From assembly GCA_012862495.1 (NCBI GenBank), contig BLSG01000097.1:38715-83997 (forward strand): a stretch of 45,283 nucleotides of DNA, given 5' to 3'. This document shows, piece by piece, positions 23,670 through 35,044 of the stretch (the first letter of the stretch is position 1; every line of letters starts with the position of its first letter). The position numbers and the translations under genes are program-made. This DNA is from Thraustochytrium aureum (taxonomy: Eukaryota). The notes below the pieces were generated by a model, which saw nothing but the letters and a program-made list of their open reading frames with translations, was not told the DNA's origin and made no database searches.

Positions 23670-26600
23670 ATGGGCAAGGACGGCTGGGTGACGAAGCGCA
23701 CCCTGGACGGACTCGAGTACTTCTTCAATGAGAGCACCGGGGAGGTGGACTGGGAAAAGCCCGATGCGCTCAAGAGCAAGCAGGAGATCGAGGACAGCCG
23801 CGGCGACTGGACCTGGGTGCCCCACCCGACCAAGCTCTGGCAGCCCGCTCGCAAGGTGGGGACCAACGCCGAGGGGACCCAATGCGTGACCGAGGACGGC
23901 AAGAGCGTGACCGTGCCCAAGGACGGCGTGATGGAGGGCCGCCTCACGGACGGGCGCAAGCAAGTGGTGCCGCTGTGGCCGCTGTCGCCCTCCTCGCTCA
24001 AGCTGATCGAGGACGACCTGGTGATGGCCGAGCATGTCGACGCGGGCATCATCAGCCACACGCTGCGCACGCGGTACGAGGCCGACGAGCTCTACACCTG
24101 GGTCGGAGCCGGCCGCTCGGTCCTCATTTCGGTCAACCCCTACAAGCGCCTGCCGCTGTACGGCAAGGAACAGATCAACCTGCACTACAAAAAGCCGCCC
24201 AACAAGCCCCTGCCGCCCCACCCGTTCGGCATCGCCGTCGACTCGTACGAGAGCATGCTGATCGACGGCGGCAACCAGTCGATCTTGATCTCGGGCGAGT
24301 CTGGCGCCGGCAAGACGGAGGCGACCAAGCAGTGCCTCTCGTTCCTTGCCAGCGTGGCCGGGTCGACCAACAACGTGGAGAACAAGATCCTGATGGCCAA
24401 CCCCTCCCGAGGCGTTTGGCAACGCCAAGACGATCCGCAACAACAACTCGTCGCGGTTCGGCAAGTGGATCGAGGTGCACTTTGACGCGAGCACGCGCGC
24501 GATCTGCGGCGCGCAGATCCTCAACTACCTGCTGGAGAAGTCGCGCGTGGTGTTCCAGCAGCGCGGGGAGCGCAACTTTCACATTTTCTACCAAATGTGC
24601 CAGGACTCGCAGCTGAGCTCCCAGTACGAGCTCGGGGCGGGCGCCGCGTCCTTCAACTACATGAACCAGAGCGGCGTGATCAAGACCCACGACGTGGACG
24701 ACGCGGCCGACCTCGCCGAGGTGCACAACGCCCTGGACGAGCTCGACTTTTCCAGCGTCGAGAAGGAGTGGGCCTTCCGCACGGCGGCCGCCATCCTGCA
24801 CCTGGGCAACATCGAGTTTGCCGACAAGGCCGAGGAGGGCCGCGTCAAGGGCTCCAAGCTGCGCGACGACCACCCCGTCAAGCTGGCCGCCGACTTTCTC
24901 GGCGTCAAGGTGGACGCGCTCAAGAAGGTGCTCTGCTACCGCTCGATCAGCGTGCGCAACGAGCGCTCCGTGATCCCGCTCGACCCGGAGAAGGCCCGCG
25001 ACGGGCTCAACTCGCTGGCCAAGGGGATCTACGGCCGCGCCTTCGACTTCCTGGTCAAGCGCGTCAACGACGCGCTCGAGGGGCGCAAGGGCCGCTTCAT
25101 CGGCATCCTCGACATTTTCGGGTTTAGATCTTTGACAACAACTCGTTCGAGCAGCTGTGCATCAACTTTTGCAACGAAAAGCTGCAGCAGCAGTTCAACC
25201 GCACCACGTTCAAGGAGGAGGAGGCGCTGTACGCCGCGGAGGGGATCAAGTTCCAGCACATCGAGTTTATCGACAACCAGCAGGTCCTGGACCTGATCGA
25301 GAAGCGCCCCGTGGGCATCTTGCTCATGCTCGACGAGGAGTGCCTCGTCCCCGAGGGCTCGGACACCAAGTTTATGAACAAGATCGAGTCGCAGCACGCG
25401 CGCAACCCCAAGTTCATGACGGACAAGCACCGCAAGATGAACAACAAGCTCGCCTTCGAGGTGGACCACTACGCCGGCGTCGTCAAGTACGACTCGAGCC
25501 AGTTCATGGACAAGAACAAGGACACCCTGTTCCAGGACATGTACGACGTCTGCGCGGCCTCCACGGACGACCTCACCGCGGCGCTGTTCCCCGACATGTC
25601 GCGCCGCCAGCACAAGTCGCTCAGCTTCCAGTTCCGCGGCCAGCTCAACGACCTGATGGCGACGCTCTACGAGACGGACTCGCGCTACATCCGCTGCGTC
25701 AAGCCGAACGGCAAGCAGATGCCCAACCAGATCGACACCCCGCTCGTGGTCGAGCAGCTGCGCTACAGCGGCGTGTTCGAGGCCGTGCAGATCCGCAAGC
25801 AGGGCTTCCCGTTCCGCCTCACGCACCGCCAGTTCGCCTACCGGTACCGCTGCATCAACCAGGGCCACCAGTACCGCGCCTCGAGGCGCGACGACCTCGC
25901 CACCTGCAAGGAGATCANNNNNNNNNNNNNNNNNNNNNNNNNNNNNNNNNNNNNNNNNNNNNNNNNNNNNNNNNNNNNNNNNNNNNNNNNNNNNNNNNNN
26001 NNNNNNNNNNNNNNNNNNNNNNNNNNNNNNNNNNNNNNNNNNNNNNNNNNNNNNNNNNNNNNNNNNNNNNNNNNNNNNNNNNNNNNNNNNNNNNNNNNNN
26101 NNNNNNNNNNNNNNNNNNNNNNNNNNNNNNNNNNNNNNNNNNNNNNNNNNNNNNNNNNNNNNNNNNNNNNNNNNNNNNNNNNNNNNNNNNNNNNNNNNNN
26201 NNNNNNNNNNNNNNNNNNNNNNNNNNNNNNNNNNNNNNNNNNNNNNNNNNNNNNNNNNNNNNNNNNNNNNNNNNNNNNNNNNNNNNNNNNNNNNNNNNNN
26301 NNNNNNNNNNNNNNNNNNNNNNNNNNNNNNNNNNNNNCTCCAAGTACGAGTCGCTCGCGCAGTTCCGCGAGCTCCGCGAGCCCAAGGAGTGGGCCAAGAA
26401 GAAGGCGCTCCCCTTTGGCCGCGCCGCGCTCGAGGCGGGCATGCACTCGTGGCAAAAGACCAAGATCCCGGCCTCGCTGACCAAGACCGAGGACAAGAGC
26501 TTCAACAAGCTGGCCACCCAGGCCTCCGCGGCGCTCCTTGCCTACATGGGCGACAAGAAGAACGCCAACCCGGACGAGATGGGCGCGCGGTTTGTTGGCA

Positions 26601-26944
26601 CGGCCGTCGAGAACTCTGCGCTCATCGACGAGCTCTACTGCCAGCTCATCAAGCAGCTCACTTCCAACCCGAACCCGGACTCGGAGTCGCGCGGCTGGGA
26701 CCTCTTGTCTGTCATGGTCACCAGCGTCGTGCCCAGCGACACGCTCGAGCCCTTTCTGCTTGTGCTCCTGCGCAAATGCCCCAAGGAGGGCATGGGGCAG
26801 CAGTACCTCTCGGCCCTGCATGAGACCATGTACGGCGAGAAGCGGACCACGGCCCCGGCCGGCGGCAACCTCTCCTCGATGATCAGCACCTTCAAGAGCC
26901 GCAAGGACCGCTCGCGCTTCTCGGTTCACCCGGGACACGCTTGA
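23670..26944 (+). CDS. Unconventional myosin, WW - SH3-like - motor - (gap) - MyTH4; class IV-type architecture
   Basis: N-terminal WW GWVTKRTLDGLEYFFNESTGEVDWEKP; ISVNPYK; P-loop GESGAGKT; switch I NNNSSRFGK; YLLEKSRV; switch II DIFGF(E); YIRCVKPN; MyTH4 LIDELYCQLIKQLTSNP...RGWDLL. Frameshifts at ~24405 and ~25126; gap 25918-26337. Confidence 0.92.
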
Positions 26945-27167
26945 AAAGGATTGACCTAACGCACCCAAACCATATCCACCCTTCGTTCGTTGATTGGTTT
27001 TTCCGCGCGCTCGCTCTCACAGACGAGTGGCAACGATCGAGGCCTCGCCTCTCGGGAGCCGCTCGAGCGCGACTGCCGCCGCGCCGAGACTCTTCAGGTA
27101 GGCCTACTCTACTCTACCGGTATACGCACTTCAGGTTTTGTTTACAGTGGCCTTTCTGCCAAGCCAG

Positions 27168-27878
27168 CTAGATCTCAAGATCCTCGACGAGCACGTCCAG
27201 GTCAGCGTCGTCGTCAAAAGCAGCAGGCCCGTCCAAGTCGGCCGCGCAAAAGTCGTCCTCGCCAAGACCGAGGAGGCAGTCCAGCTCGTCGCCTGCGGCA
27301 GCTTTGGCCTGTGTCGCCAGGCTGAGGTCAGGGCAGTCTTGCTCCGACTCTGCAGGCTCGAGCTCCAGCTGGAAAGGGAAACCGGACCCACGCCGCAGAC
27401 CAGAGCCCGTTTTCTTCGAGCCTTTGCGGGGGCGGCCGAGCCCGAGCGCCGCATCCAGGTCGAAGCCGCCGTCAAAGGCCGGGCTCGCGCAGAGTGGCCG
27501 CCTGTTGCACGTGTCAAACTCTTCGTCGTCCGAGGCCAGCTGTTTGGCGGACGCGACGACCGCCACAGACGGCCGACTTTGCACGAGCGGCTGCTGCGCG
27601 GGCTTCGCCTTGGGCGGATCGACGTACACGAGGCCCCCTTGCAACCCGCCAAACACGGGTTTCTTCGCGGTCGTGGCACCCTGCTTGCCCGGCGCTCCGG
27701 CGTGCCTGTTGTTCGATATATCGCCGAGCGCGCGGCGGCGCCCAGCCGTTTGGCTCCCTTTCGCCGTCACTTTGCCAGTCATCCGCGTCGTCTCCTTGCT
27801 CCGCGCAGGCCGGCCGGCCGTGCTCGTCAGGTTTTCATCCCTGAACACCGCCGCAGGCTCGCCTCTGTAGACCTCCAT
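27168..27878 (-). CDS. Low-complexity 236-aa protein with APC/C degrons (D-box RRALGDISN, DEN motif); securin/Patronus-like candidate
   Basis: Intact ORF; start context GCGATG is shared with the dynein, NhaC and ankyrin genes. Canonical RxxLxxxxN D-box at 27737-27711. Basic N-terminal half, acidic C-terminal end. Confidence 0.65.
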   Translation of the reverse strand: MEVYRGEPAAVFRDENLTSTAGRPARSKETTRMTGKVTAKGSQTAGRRRALGDISNNRHAGAPGKQGATTAKKPVFGGLQGGLVYVDPPKAKPAQQPLVQSRPSVAVVASAKQLASDDEEFDTCNRRPLCASPAFDGGFDLDAALGLGRPRKGSKKTGSGLRRGSGFPFQLELEPAESEQDCPDLSLATQAKAAAGDELDCLLGLGEDDFCAADLDGPAAFDDDADLDVLVEDLEI

Positions 27879-28016
27879 CGCCCCGCTCCCGCAAGCGCCG
27901 ATGCCGACAGCGAGCGTAGCGCTGAACCCGGCAGCGAGTGAAGTGTCAAACCCAGCCCCCGCACGCGTCCAGCGCAGCGAGCGTCAAAAGCCCAACAAAA
28001 CCGCCGTCAAAGCCCA

Positions 28017-28043
28017 ACAACAGCAGCAACAACAACAACAACA
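28017..28043. repeat. (CAA/CAG)n trinucleotide repeat near a gap edge
   Basis: Run of CAA and CAG triplets read directly. Confidence 0.8.
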
Positions 28044-29191
28044 AGGCAGCGAGCGATCCCCNNNNNNNNNNNNNNNNNNNNNNNNNNNNNNNNNNNNNNN
28101 NNNNNNNNNNNNNNNNNNNNNNNNNNNNNNNNNNNNNNNNNNNNNNNNNNNNNNNNNNNNNNNNNNNNNNNNNNNNNNNNNNNNNNNNNNNNNNNNNNNN
28201 NNNNNNNNNNNNNNNNNNNNNNNNNNNNNNNNNNNNNNNNNNNNNNNNNNNNNNNNNNNNNNNNNNNNNNNNNNNNNNNNNNNNNNNNNNNNNNNNNNNN
28301 NNNNNNNNNNNNNNNNNNNNNNNNNNNNNNNNNNNNNNNNNNNNNNNNNNNNNNNNNNNNNNNNNNNNNNNNNNNNNNNNNNNNNNNNNNNNNNNNNNNN
28401 NNNNNNNNNNNNNNNNNNNNNNNNNNNNNNNNNNNNNNNNNNNNNNNNNNNNNNNNNNNNNNNNNNNNNNNNNNNNNNNNNNNNNNNNNNNNNNNNNNNN
28501 NNNNNNNNNNNNNNNNNNNNNNNNNNNNNNNNNNNNNNNNNNNNNNNNNNNNNNNNNNNNNNNNNNNNNNNNNNNNNNNNNNNNNNNNNNNNNNNNNNNN
28601 NNNNNNNNNNNNNNNNNNNNNNNNNNNNNNNNNNNNNNNNNNNNNNNNNNNNNNNNNNNNNNNNNNNNNNNNNNNNNNNNNNNNNNNNNNNNNNNNNNNN
28701 NNNNNNNNNNNNNNNNNNNNNNNNNNNNNNNNNNNNNNNNNNNNNNNNNNNNNNNNNNNNNNNNNNNNNNNNNNNNNNNNNNNNNNNNNNNNNNNNNNNN
28801 NNNNNNNNNNNNNNNNNNNNNNNNNNNNNNNNNNNNNNNNNNNNNNNNNNNNNNNNNNNNNNNNNNNNNNNNNNNNNNNNNNNNNNNNNNNNNNNNNNNN
28901 NNNNNNNNNNNNTTTCATAAGTTCTCTCTTGAAAGTTCGCGTTTTGTTCTTTTTCGATGTGTGAAGATCGGTCCCTCCGAGTCGTGCGAGGGCGCTTGTT
29001 GTACGCGAGCAGGACGTCTCTCTGTCTTCTTGCACAAGCACTCGAGCACCTTGCAGAGCGCCGTTTGCTTTGTTGTGCATGCAGGTCGCTCGCTGCAGAC
29101 CCCCAACGCGAGTTGGAGCTTGGACCGCCGCGAAGCAGCGAGTGAAAACGTAGCCGATCTGACGAGACACCCTGGCAATACGCGCGACGCG

Positions 29192-31544
29192 ATGGTCGCC
29201 AAGACGCTGTGGACTGCCGCCTGCGTGGCGCTCGCCTTTGGCGCCGCCCAAGCGCAAGTTCCCGAGCTCGGTGTGACCGACTTCACCGCGGCCGTGAAAG
29301 ACTTTGTCGTGTCCGAGCCGAGCAGCTCCGCCGGGGAAATCAAGGTGCTGTTCACGGATGTGCACTTTGCTGTGGAGGGCGCGCTCGAGTGGACGCAAAA
29401 CGAGACGGGGACCACGACTGCCTCGAACGAAATCCAATGGGCCCTGTTCGTTGACGGCACGCAGGTGGACAGTGGAACCGAGGCGATCCCGGCGTCGCGC
29501 CAGCTCATCACGACCTTCCCAGCCGGAGGCGCCATGGTCTCGACGAACGGCGCCCACGAGATCAAACTCGTGGTCACCGTGAACGGCGTCGAAACCGAAA
29601 CGTCAAAGTCGCTGCAAGCAATCTCCTCTGGCGTCTCGCTGTTCCCGCTGATTGTGATCCTGTTCATGGCCATGTTTACGCGCATGGTCGAACTGTCTCT
29701 CGGCTTTGGCGTTTTCGTCGGCGCCTGCATCGTGGCTGGCAGCGTCACCGACGGCTTCAAGGCCACCCTCGACAACTACATCCTCAAAGCTCTCGCGGAC
29801 GAAGGACACGGCTTTGTCATCCTCTTCACCATCTTCCTGAGCGGCGTGGTCGCCATGATGGAGAAGTCGGGCGGCATCCAAGGCCTCACCAAGGCGCTCA
29901 CCCGGTTCGCCACGACTCCCCGCTCGGGCCAGGCCGTCGCGTTCGGGTCTGGCCTGCTCATCTTCTTCGACGACTACGCCAACTGCCTCGTCATCGGCGC
30001 CACCATGCTCCCCGTGCTGGACCGCCTCAGCGTCTCCCGCGAAAAACTGGCCTTTGTCGTTGACGCGACCGCCGCGCCAATCGCAAGCCTCGTTCCACTC
30101 TCGAGCTGGGTCGGTTACGAGGCTGGTCTCATTGGGACCGAGCTCGAGAAGATCGCCGAAGCGAACGGTGGCGAGGTCCCGTCCGGGCTCAAGCCCACCG
30201 GTTTCGGCGTCTTCCTCGCCTCGATCGCCTACCGGTACTACCCGATCTTCCTCATCTTTTTTCAAGTCATGCTCATCGCTGGCAACCGCGACTTTGGGCC
30301 CATGCTGATCTCTGAGCGCCTCTGCCAGGTCTACGGCCGCACTGACGGCGGTCGCGGCGCCCTCAAATCGGTAAAGTCTCTCGCCGACGCCAACAGCCCC
30401 TGACCCCGACACCCCGCAACGCTGGTGGAACATGATCGGCCCGGTGATCATTCTCATTGGGTACATCTTTGGCCTTCTGGTCAAGAGCGGCGAGTCGGGC
30501 GATGAGGGGCAGACCTTTATTGACAAGATCGAGAACAGCGACTCGTACGCGGCGCTCCTGTACGGAACGATGGCGGCGGCCATCACGACGATGCTCTTCT
30601 ACATGTTCCAGTACAAGCGCGACGGCAACATCGTGCCGCCCAACCCCAACAGCCTGTGCAAGAGCGACGAGCAGATCGCCAAGAGCAATCTCGCCATCCC
30701 GCTCCTCACCATTCGCCAGGGGCTCGACTCGTTCCTTTTCGGCTTCACCCGCGTCTTTCCTGCCATTGTGGTGCTGGTTCTCGCCTGGGCGTGCGGATCG
30801 ATCATGGGCGACGTGGGGGCTTCGCGCCTCTTCGCCATCTGGATCACAAACTCGGCCAACGTCAACATGCTGCCTACCATTTCCTTCTTCATCAGCGTGC
30901 TGCTCGCGCTCTGCACAGGCACCTCCTGGGGCACCATGGCGATCGTGTTTCCGCTTTTGCTCGTCCCCACCTGGTCCGCGGCCTCGGAGCAGCTTGGCGA
31001 GGAGGACGCCGTTGTAATCTTTTACTCTGTCGTCGCTGGCGTGCTCTCCGGCGCGGTCGCTGGCGACCACTGCTCGCCCATCTCGGACACGACGGTGCTC
31101 AGCTCGCTCGCAACGTCGTGCGACCTGCTCGCGCACGTGCAGACCCAGGCGCCGTATGTCGTTGTCGTCGTCATTTGGTCCATGCTGGTTGGCACCATTC
31201 CGGTCGGCATGCTCTCGTACTCGACCGGCGTTGCGATCCTCATGGGCTTTATCGTGATGTTCATCATGGTCGTTATCCTCGCGGTCAAGGTGATTCACCC
31301 CACGGGCCGCTTCGACGTATTCACGGAGCTCTACCTGCTCGTGACCAAGAACAACTTCCTTTTGGACCTCAAGCGCGACACCGCGACCTGCGCGGAGCAA
31401 GGCAGCCCCATCCGGGCGCAAGGAGACGCCACGGGCGGCGCACAGGTCGCTGACGAGACCAGTGGCCAGGCCGACGCGGGGAGCGAGTTTGAGTTTGCCA
31501 AGGTTGTGGAGAAGGGCGAGGAGAGCTCGATGAGCAGGGTTTAA
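29192..31544 (+). CDS. NhaC-family (Na+/H+ antiporter / amino-acid transporter-like) membrane protein with signal peptide, ~783 aa
   Basis: IFFDDYANCL, SREKLAFVVDATAAPIASLVPLSSW, YRYYP, TGTSWGTMAI, GDHCSPISDTTVLSS are NhaC-family motifs. One extra C at 30397-30400 splits the ORF; corrected it reads NSPDPDTPQRWWNM. Confidence 0.88.
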
Positions 31545-31717
31545 AAGAACTCTCTAACCAAGCAAGTACCCTCAGGCAAGGCGCCACTGGCCAATCAAGT
31601 CAACATATTATGGTTTTCTCCCTCCCCCTCCCCCTCCCCCTCAGCACCAGCAGCAGCAGCAGCAAGCCCCTCTGTTTCGAAAGAAAGCTATCTTTACACC
31701 GCGCGAGTGCGCCACAG

Positions 31718-33726
31718 CTAGTTGAAGAACACGTTGGCAGAGTGCAGCGTGTCGCTGAACGCAGTAAGCAGCGTGTCCTCGGAGCGCAAGAGCTTGTCGA
31801 CGATCATGCGCTCGGCCTGGTCGTCCGACAGTCCGATCGCCAGCCTCTCCTTGACAAGCGCAAGCGTTGCCTGGATGTCCTCGAACAGCCCAGAGTCCTT
31901 CATCAGGTAGATCAGCGACAAGATCAAGTTGCCGTGGCGGCGCAGCACTTGGAATGCCTCCACGCACAGCGAGAGGAATCGCCGAAACCCCGCGCTTTCG
32001 CGCCCGCCAAGCGTGTCGATCATGCCGTGAAACACACGGATCGGAGCCACCGCCCAGCTCCGCGGGTCGTGGCCCAGTGAGTGCCCAAAGTCGATATTGA
32101 ACAAACGGCCATCCTTGCTCGCCAAAACGTTGTCCAGGTGACGGTCGCCGATCGCCAAAACAAAGCTCAGAACCGCATACCCACTCGCACTAGGGATAAA
32201 CTTGGCCAAGATTTTGTCCATAAAGTCCTGCTCGGTCGGTGCCCGGCCGCCCACGGCCCCTCCGCGCGAACCGCCGCTGCGACCGGCAGCCGCCGCCCCG
32301 TCGGACCCGGCTTCCGCGCTGCCGCCTTCTTCGCGACGCGCAGCCGCTGCTTCGGCAGCGCGCTCTTTTGCTTGGCGGCGGAAGAACGCCTCAATCGTGC
32401 CATACGTCTTTTGAATGTGGCTGAGCGGGAACGAGTCGCCGACAAACTCCATGACGCCAGCGTCGTTCGAAAAGGCGAGCGTCCGGTACAGGGTGAGGTC
32501 CAGGTCAAGGCCGACCTGCTTTAGCACCTTGTCCATCACGCTCATGAGCTGCAGGACGAGCTGGTCTTGGCGAAGGTCGTCGCCCACTTTGAACATGGTC
32601 GGCGAGCGGGTGGGCGCAGACGCGCCGTCCTCATCGCCGGCGACCAGCAGGTCCACCTTGATAGGCTGCGTTTTGCTGTTGAACACTTTGAGCGAGTCGG
32701 GGTCGATGCCCACCACGCGCTTCCAGGGCCACAGCGGGTGCATAACGGGGCCTGCAGCACGCACAGGTCGNNNNNNNNNNNNNNNNNNNNNNNNNNNNNN
32801 NNNNNNNNNNNNNNNNNNNNNNNNNNNNNNNNNNNNNNNNNNNNNNNNNNNNNNNNNNNNNNNNNNNNNNNNNNNNNNNNNNNNNNNNNNNNNNNNNNNN
32901 NNNNNNNNNNNNNNNNNNNNNNNNNNNNNNNNNNNNNNNNNNNNNNNNNNNNNNNNNNNNNNNNNNNNNNNNNNNNNNNNNNNNNNNNNNNNNNNNNNNN
33001 NNNNNNNNNNNNNNNNNNNNNNNNNNNNNNNNNNNNNNNNNNNNNNNNNNNNNNNNNNNNNNNNNNNNNNNNNNNNNNNNNNNNNNNNNNNNNNNNNNNN
33101 TCGCGCGCAAGTTCGTCAAGCCACCCGAGCCGGGGTAGCTCGCCGTGGTTGTACTTCTCCCCGAGCCGCCAGACGCGATTTTTCTCCGATTCGTGCTCGC
33201 ACGTCGCGCCCGGCGGCGTCAGGCTCGCGGCAGGGTTTTCGGACACGCACACCTCGGCCTCGTCCCGCAGTTCAACCTGGACGCGCCCGCGCCGGAGCCT
33301 GCCAAGGCCATCGAAGAGCGTCGCCACGCCAACCCCCAAGCGACCCCGAAGAGCGCTCCACACGCTCACGGCCAAGCACGAGTTCTGATGGAGGTCAGCG
33401 TAGCGAACGGGCAGCTGGAGCCACTCGCCCCATGCCACGCGGAGCCCGCCGCGCTCCGCCCGGGCGGTGTGGGTGCTCTGTGCGACGATGTGCGTAGCGT
33501 AGCCGCAATCAAACAGCTGAACGGTAACGAAAAGCTCTCCGGCCAGGTTCTTGCGCGCCACCCGCGCAGGGCCGCCCGGCTCTCCGGCCTCGTCCGGTGC
33601 GTCATCAGGCCCTCCTTCTCGCGCCGTCGCGCTCACCTCCAGGCCCCGTATCTTGACCGCCACTTCCAGCGCAACATCGCAGCTCAGCAGATAGCAATAG
33701 TCTGTGCTCGGCACCGAGTCCACCAT
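31718..33726 (-). CDS. VPS34: Class III PI3-kinase (Vps34-like); middle hidden in gap 32771-33100
   Basis: N-terminal YCYLLSCDVALEVAVKIRGLE and WGEWLQLPVRYADL (Vps34 C2 domain). Kinase motifs FKVGDDLRQDQLVLQL, IGDRHLDN, FNIDFG, LRRHGNLILSL. Confidence 0.85.
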
Positions 33727-34234
33727 TCCTTCAGCCGTGCGCGGCGCGGCGTCTGGGCCGGCGTCGACTCACACTCGCTCGCTCCGGTACTAGCTAGCTA
33801 GTAGGTAAAGACACCCGTTGCGGCGCGGTGTCCAGCGAGCCCTTTCGGAGCGCCCGCCGCGCCAACAGACAGCGCCGCGCCAAGGCTCTCCAGAGACAGC
33901 GCCACGCGCCAACCCACCGATCGCAAGCCGTGCGCCGAGCCTCCGGGCAGCGCACGCACCGCCTCGCGCCGCGGCCGATGGGGCTCTGCGAGCGCCAAAG
34001 GGCCACGAGCCGAGCAAGTGCAGACTCGAATTTCTTCGAACAGCTTCGGAGAAGCCTACAACGCGCAAGCGCACTCGTCAACAAACGCGGCTTGTGGGCG
34101 ACCAAGCAAGCCCTGCCCGCAAGCGCGCATCGCCGCTGCAGAAGCCACGCGCGCGCCGCTCTCGCAGGCGACCGGATACTGCTGCATCACCTCACCGCAT
34201 GCAGCGAGAGAGGGATTCTCACAGAGTGCTTTTA

Positions 34235-34556
34235 TCCTCGTAAAACGCCCCTGAAGGAACGCAAGGATGCTCCCTTGCAAATCCCCGCCGCCGTCCCGCG
34301 CCATTTACTCCTCGAATGTTCCCTGGGAGACCACCTAAACTGCCGATTGGCACACCGAGCATTCCCTGTTCCTCGTGCACCCTCCTCGAAACATCCTGTA
34401 CTCAACAAGGAACAGGTTTTTTCGGCGTCACGGCAGTGCAATCCGTTCCTCGTAAAACCCCCGTGATTCCCTGAAAATCCCCTCGAACAATCCCTGGTAA
34501 AACCGGCTGTGCCGGGCGCGACTCCAGAGTAATTGTCCTCGTGAAACCCCTGGAAA
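34235..34556 (+). repeat. Cluster of ~10 degenerate direct repeats of TCCTCGTAAAAC / TCCCTG..AAA
   Basis: Exact TCCTCGTAAAAC at 34235 and 34447; TCCTCGTGAAAC at 34536; variants at 34309, 34370, 34383, 34468, 34480, 34491, 34548. Confidence 0.6.
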
Positions 34557-34670
34557 GCCGCGAGCGAATTCGCCAAGTACCCAGAGATAACGCCGGCGGC
34601 AGAGCAGGACGCGCGGGCGCGAGGCAGGCCGCTGCGGACGTCGGCAGCGGGCGCGCAGTCGGCTGTTGGG

Positions 34671-34785
34671 CTTCCTTCCTTCCTTCCTTCAATCAGTCCT
34701 TCGGTCCTTCGCTCACGCACTCGCTCACTCGCTCGCTCGCTCAGTCGTTCGTTCGGTTGGTCGGTTGGTTGGCGCTCGCTCGGGT
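34671..34785. repeat. Compound tetranucleotide microsatellite (CCTT)(CGCT)(CGTT)(GGTT) upstream of the AI-2E gene
   Basis: Read directly. Confidence 0.8.
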
Positions 34786-35044
34786 GGGTCGGCGGCGGAC
34801 GCGGGCGGGCGAGAGCTGGCGGGCCTGCGGAGCCGACTCGGCAGCGCGAAGTCNNNNNNNNNNNNNNNNNNNNNNNNNNNNNNNNNNNNNNNNNNNNNNN
34901 NNNNNNNNNNNNNNNNNNNNNNNNNNNNNNNNNNNNNNNNNNNNNNNNNNNNNNNNNNNNNNNNNNNNNNNNNNNNNNNNNNNNNNNGAGGATGGACGAG
35001 GGAGCAGCGAGGCCGGCGGCGCGAGGACGCGGCATCAGATCGAT

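Noticed and set aside
27901..29191. Poly-Q/poly-N N-terminal extension of NhaC in ORFs spanning the gap
   Set aside because: These frames stay open only because of the Ns; a signal peptide and GCGATG context place the start at 29192.
34235..34556. CRISPR-like array
   Set aside because: Repeats are only ~10-13 bp, degenerate and irregularly spaced; eukaryotic context with no cas genes.
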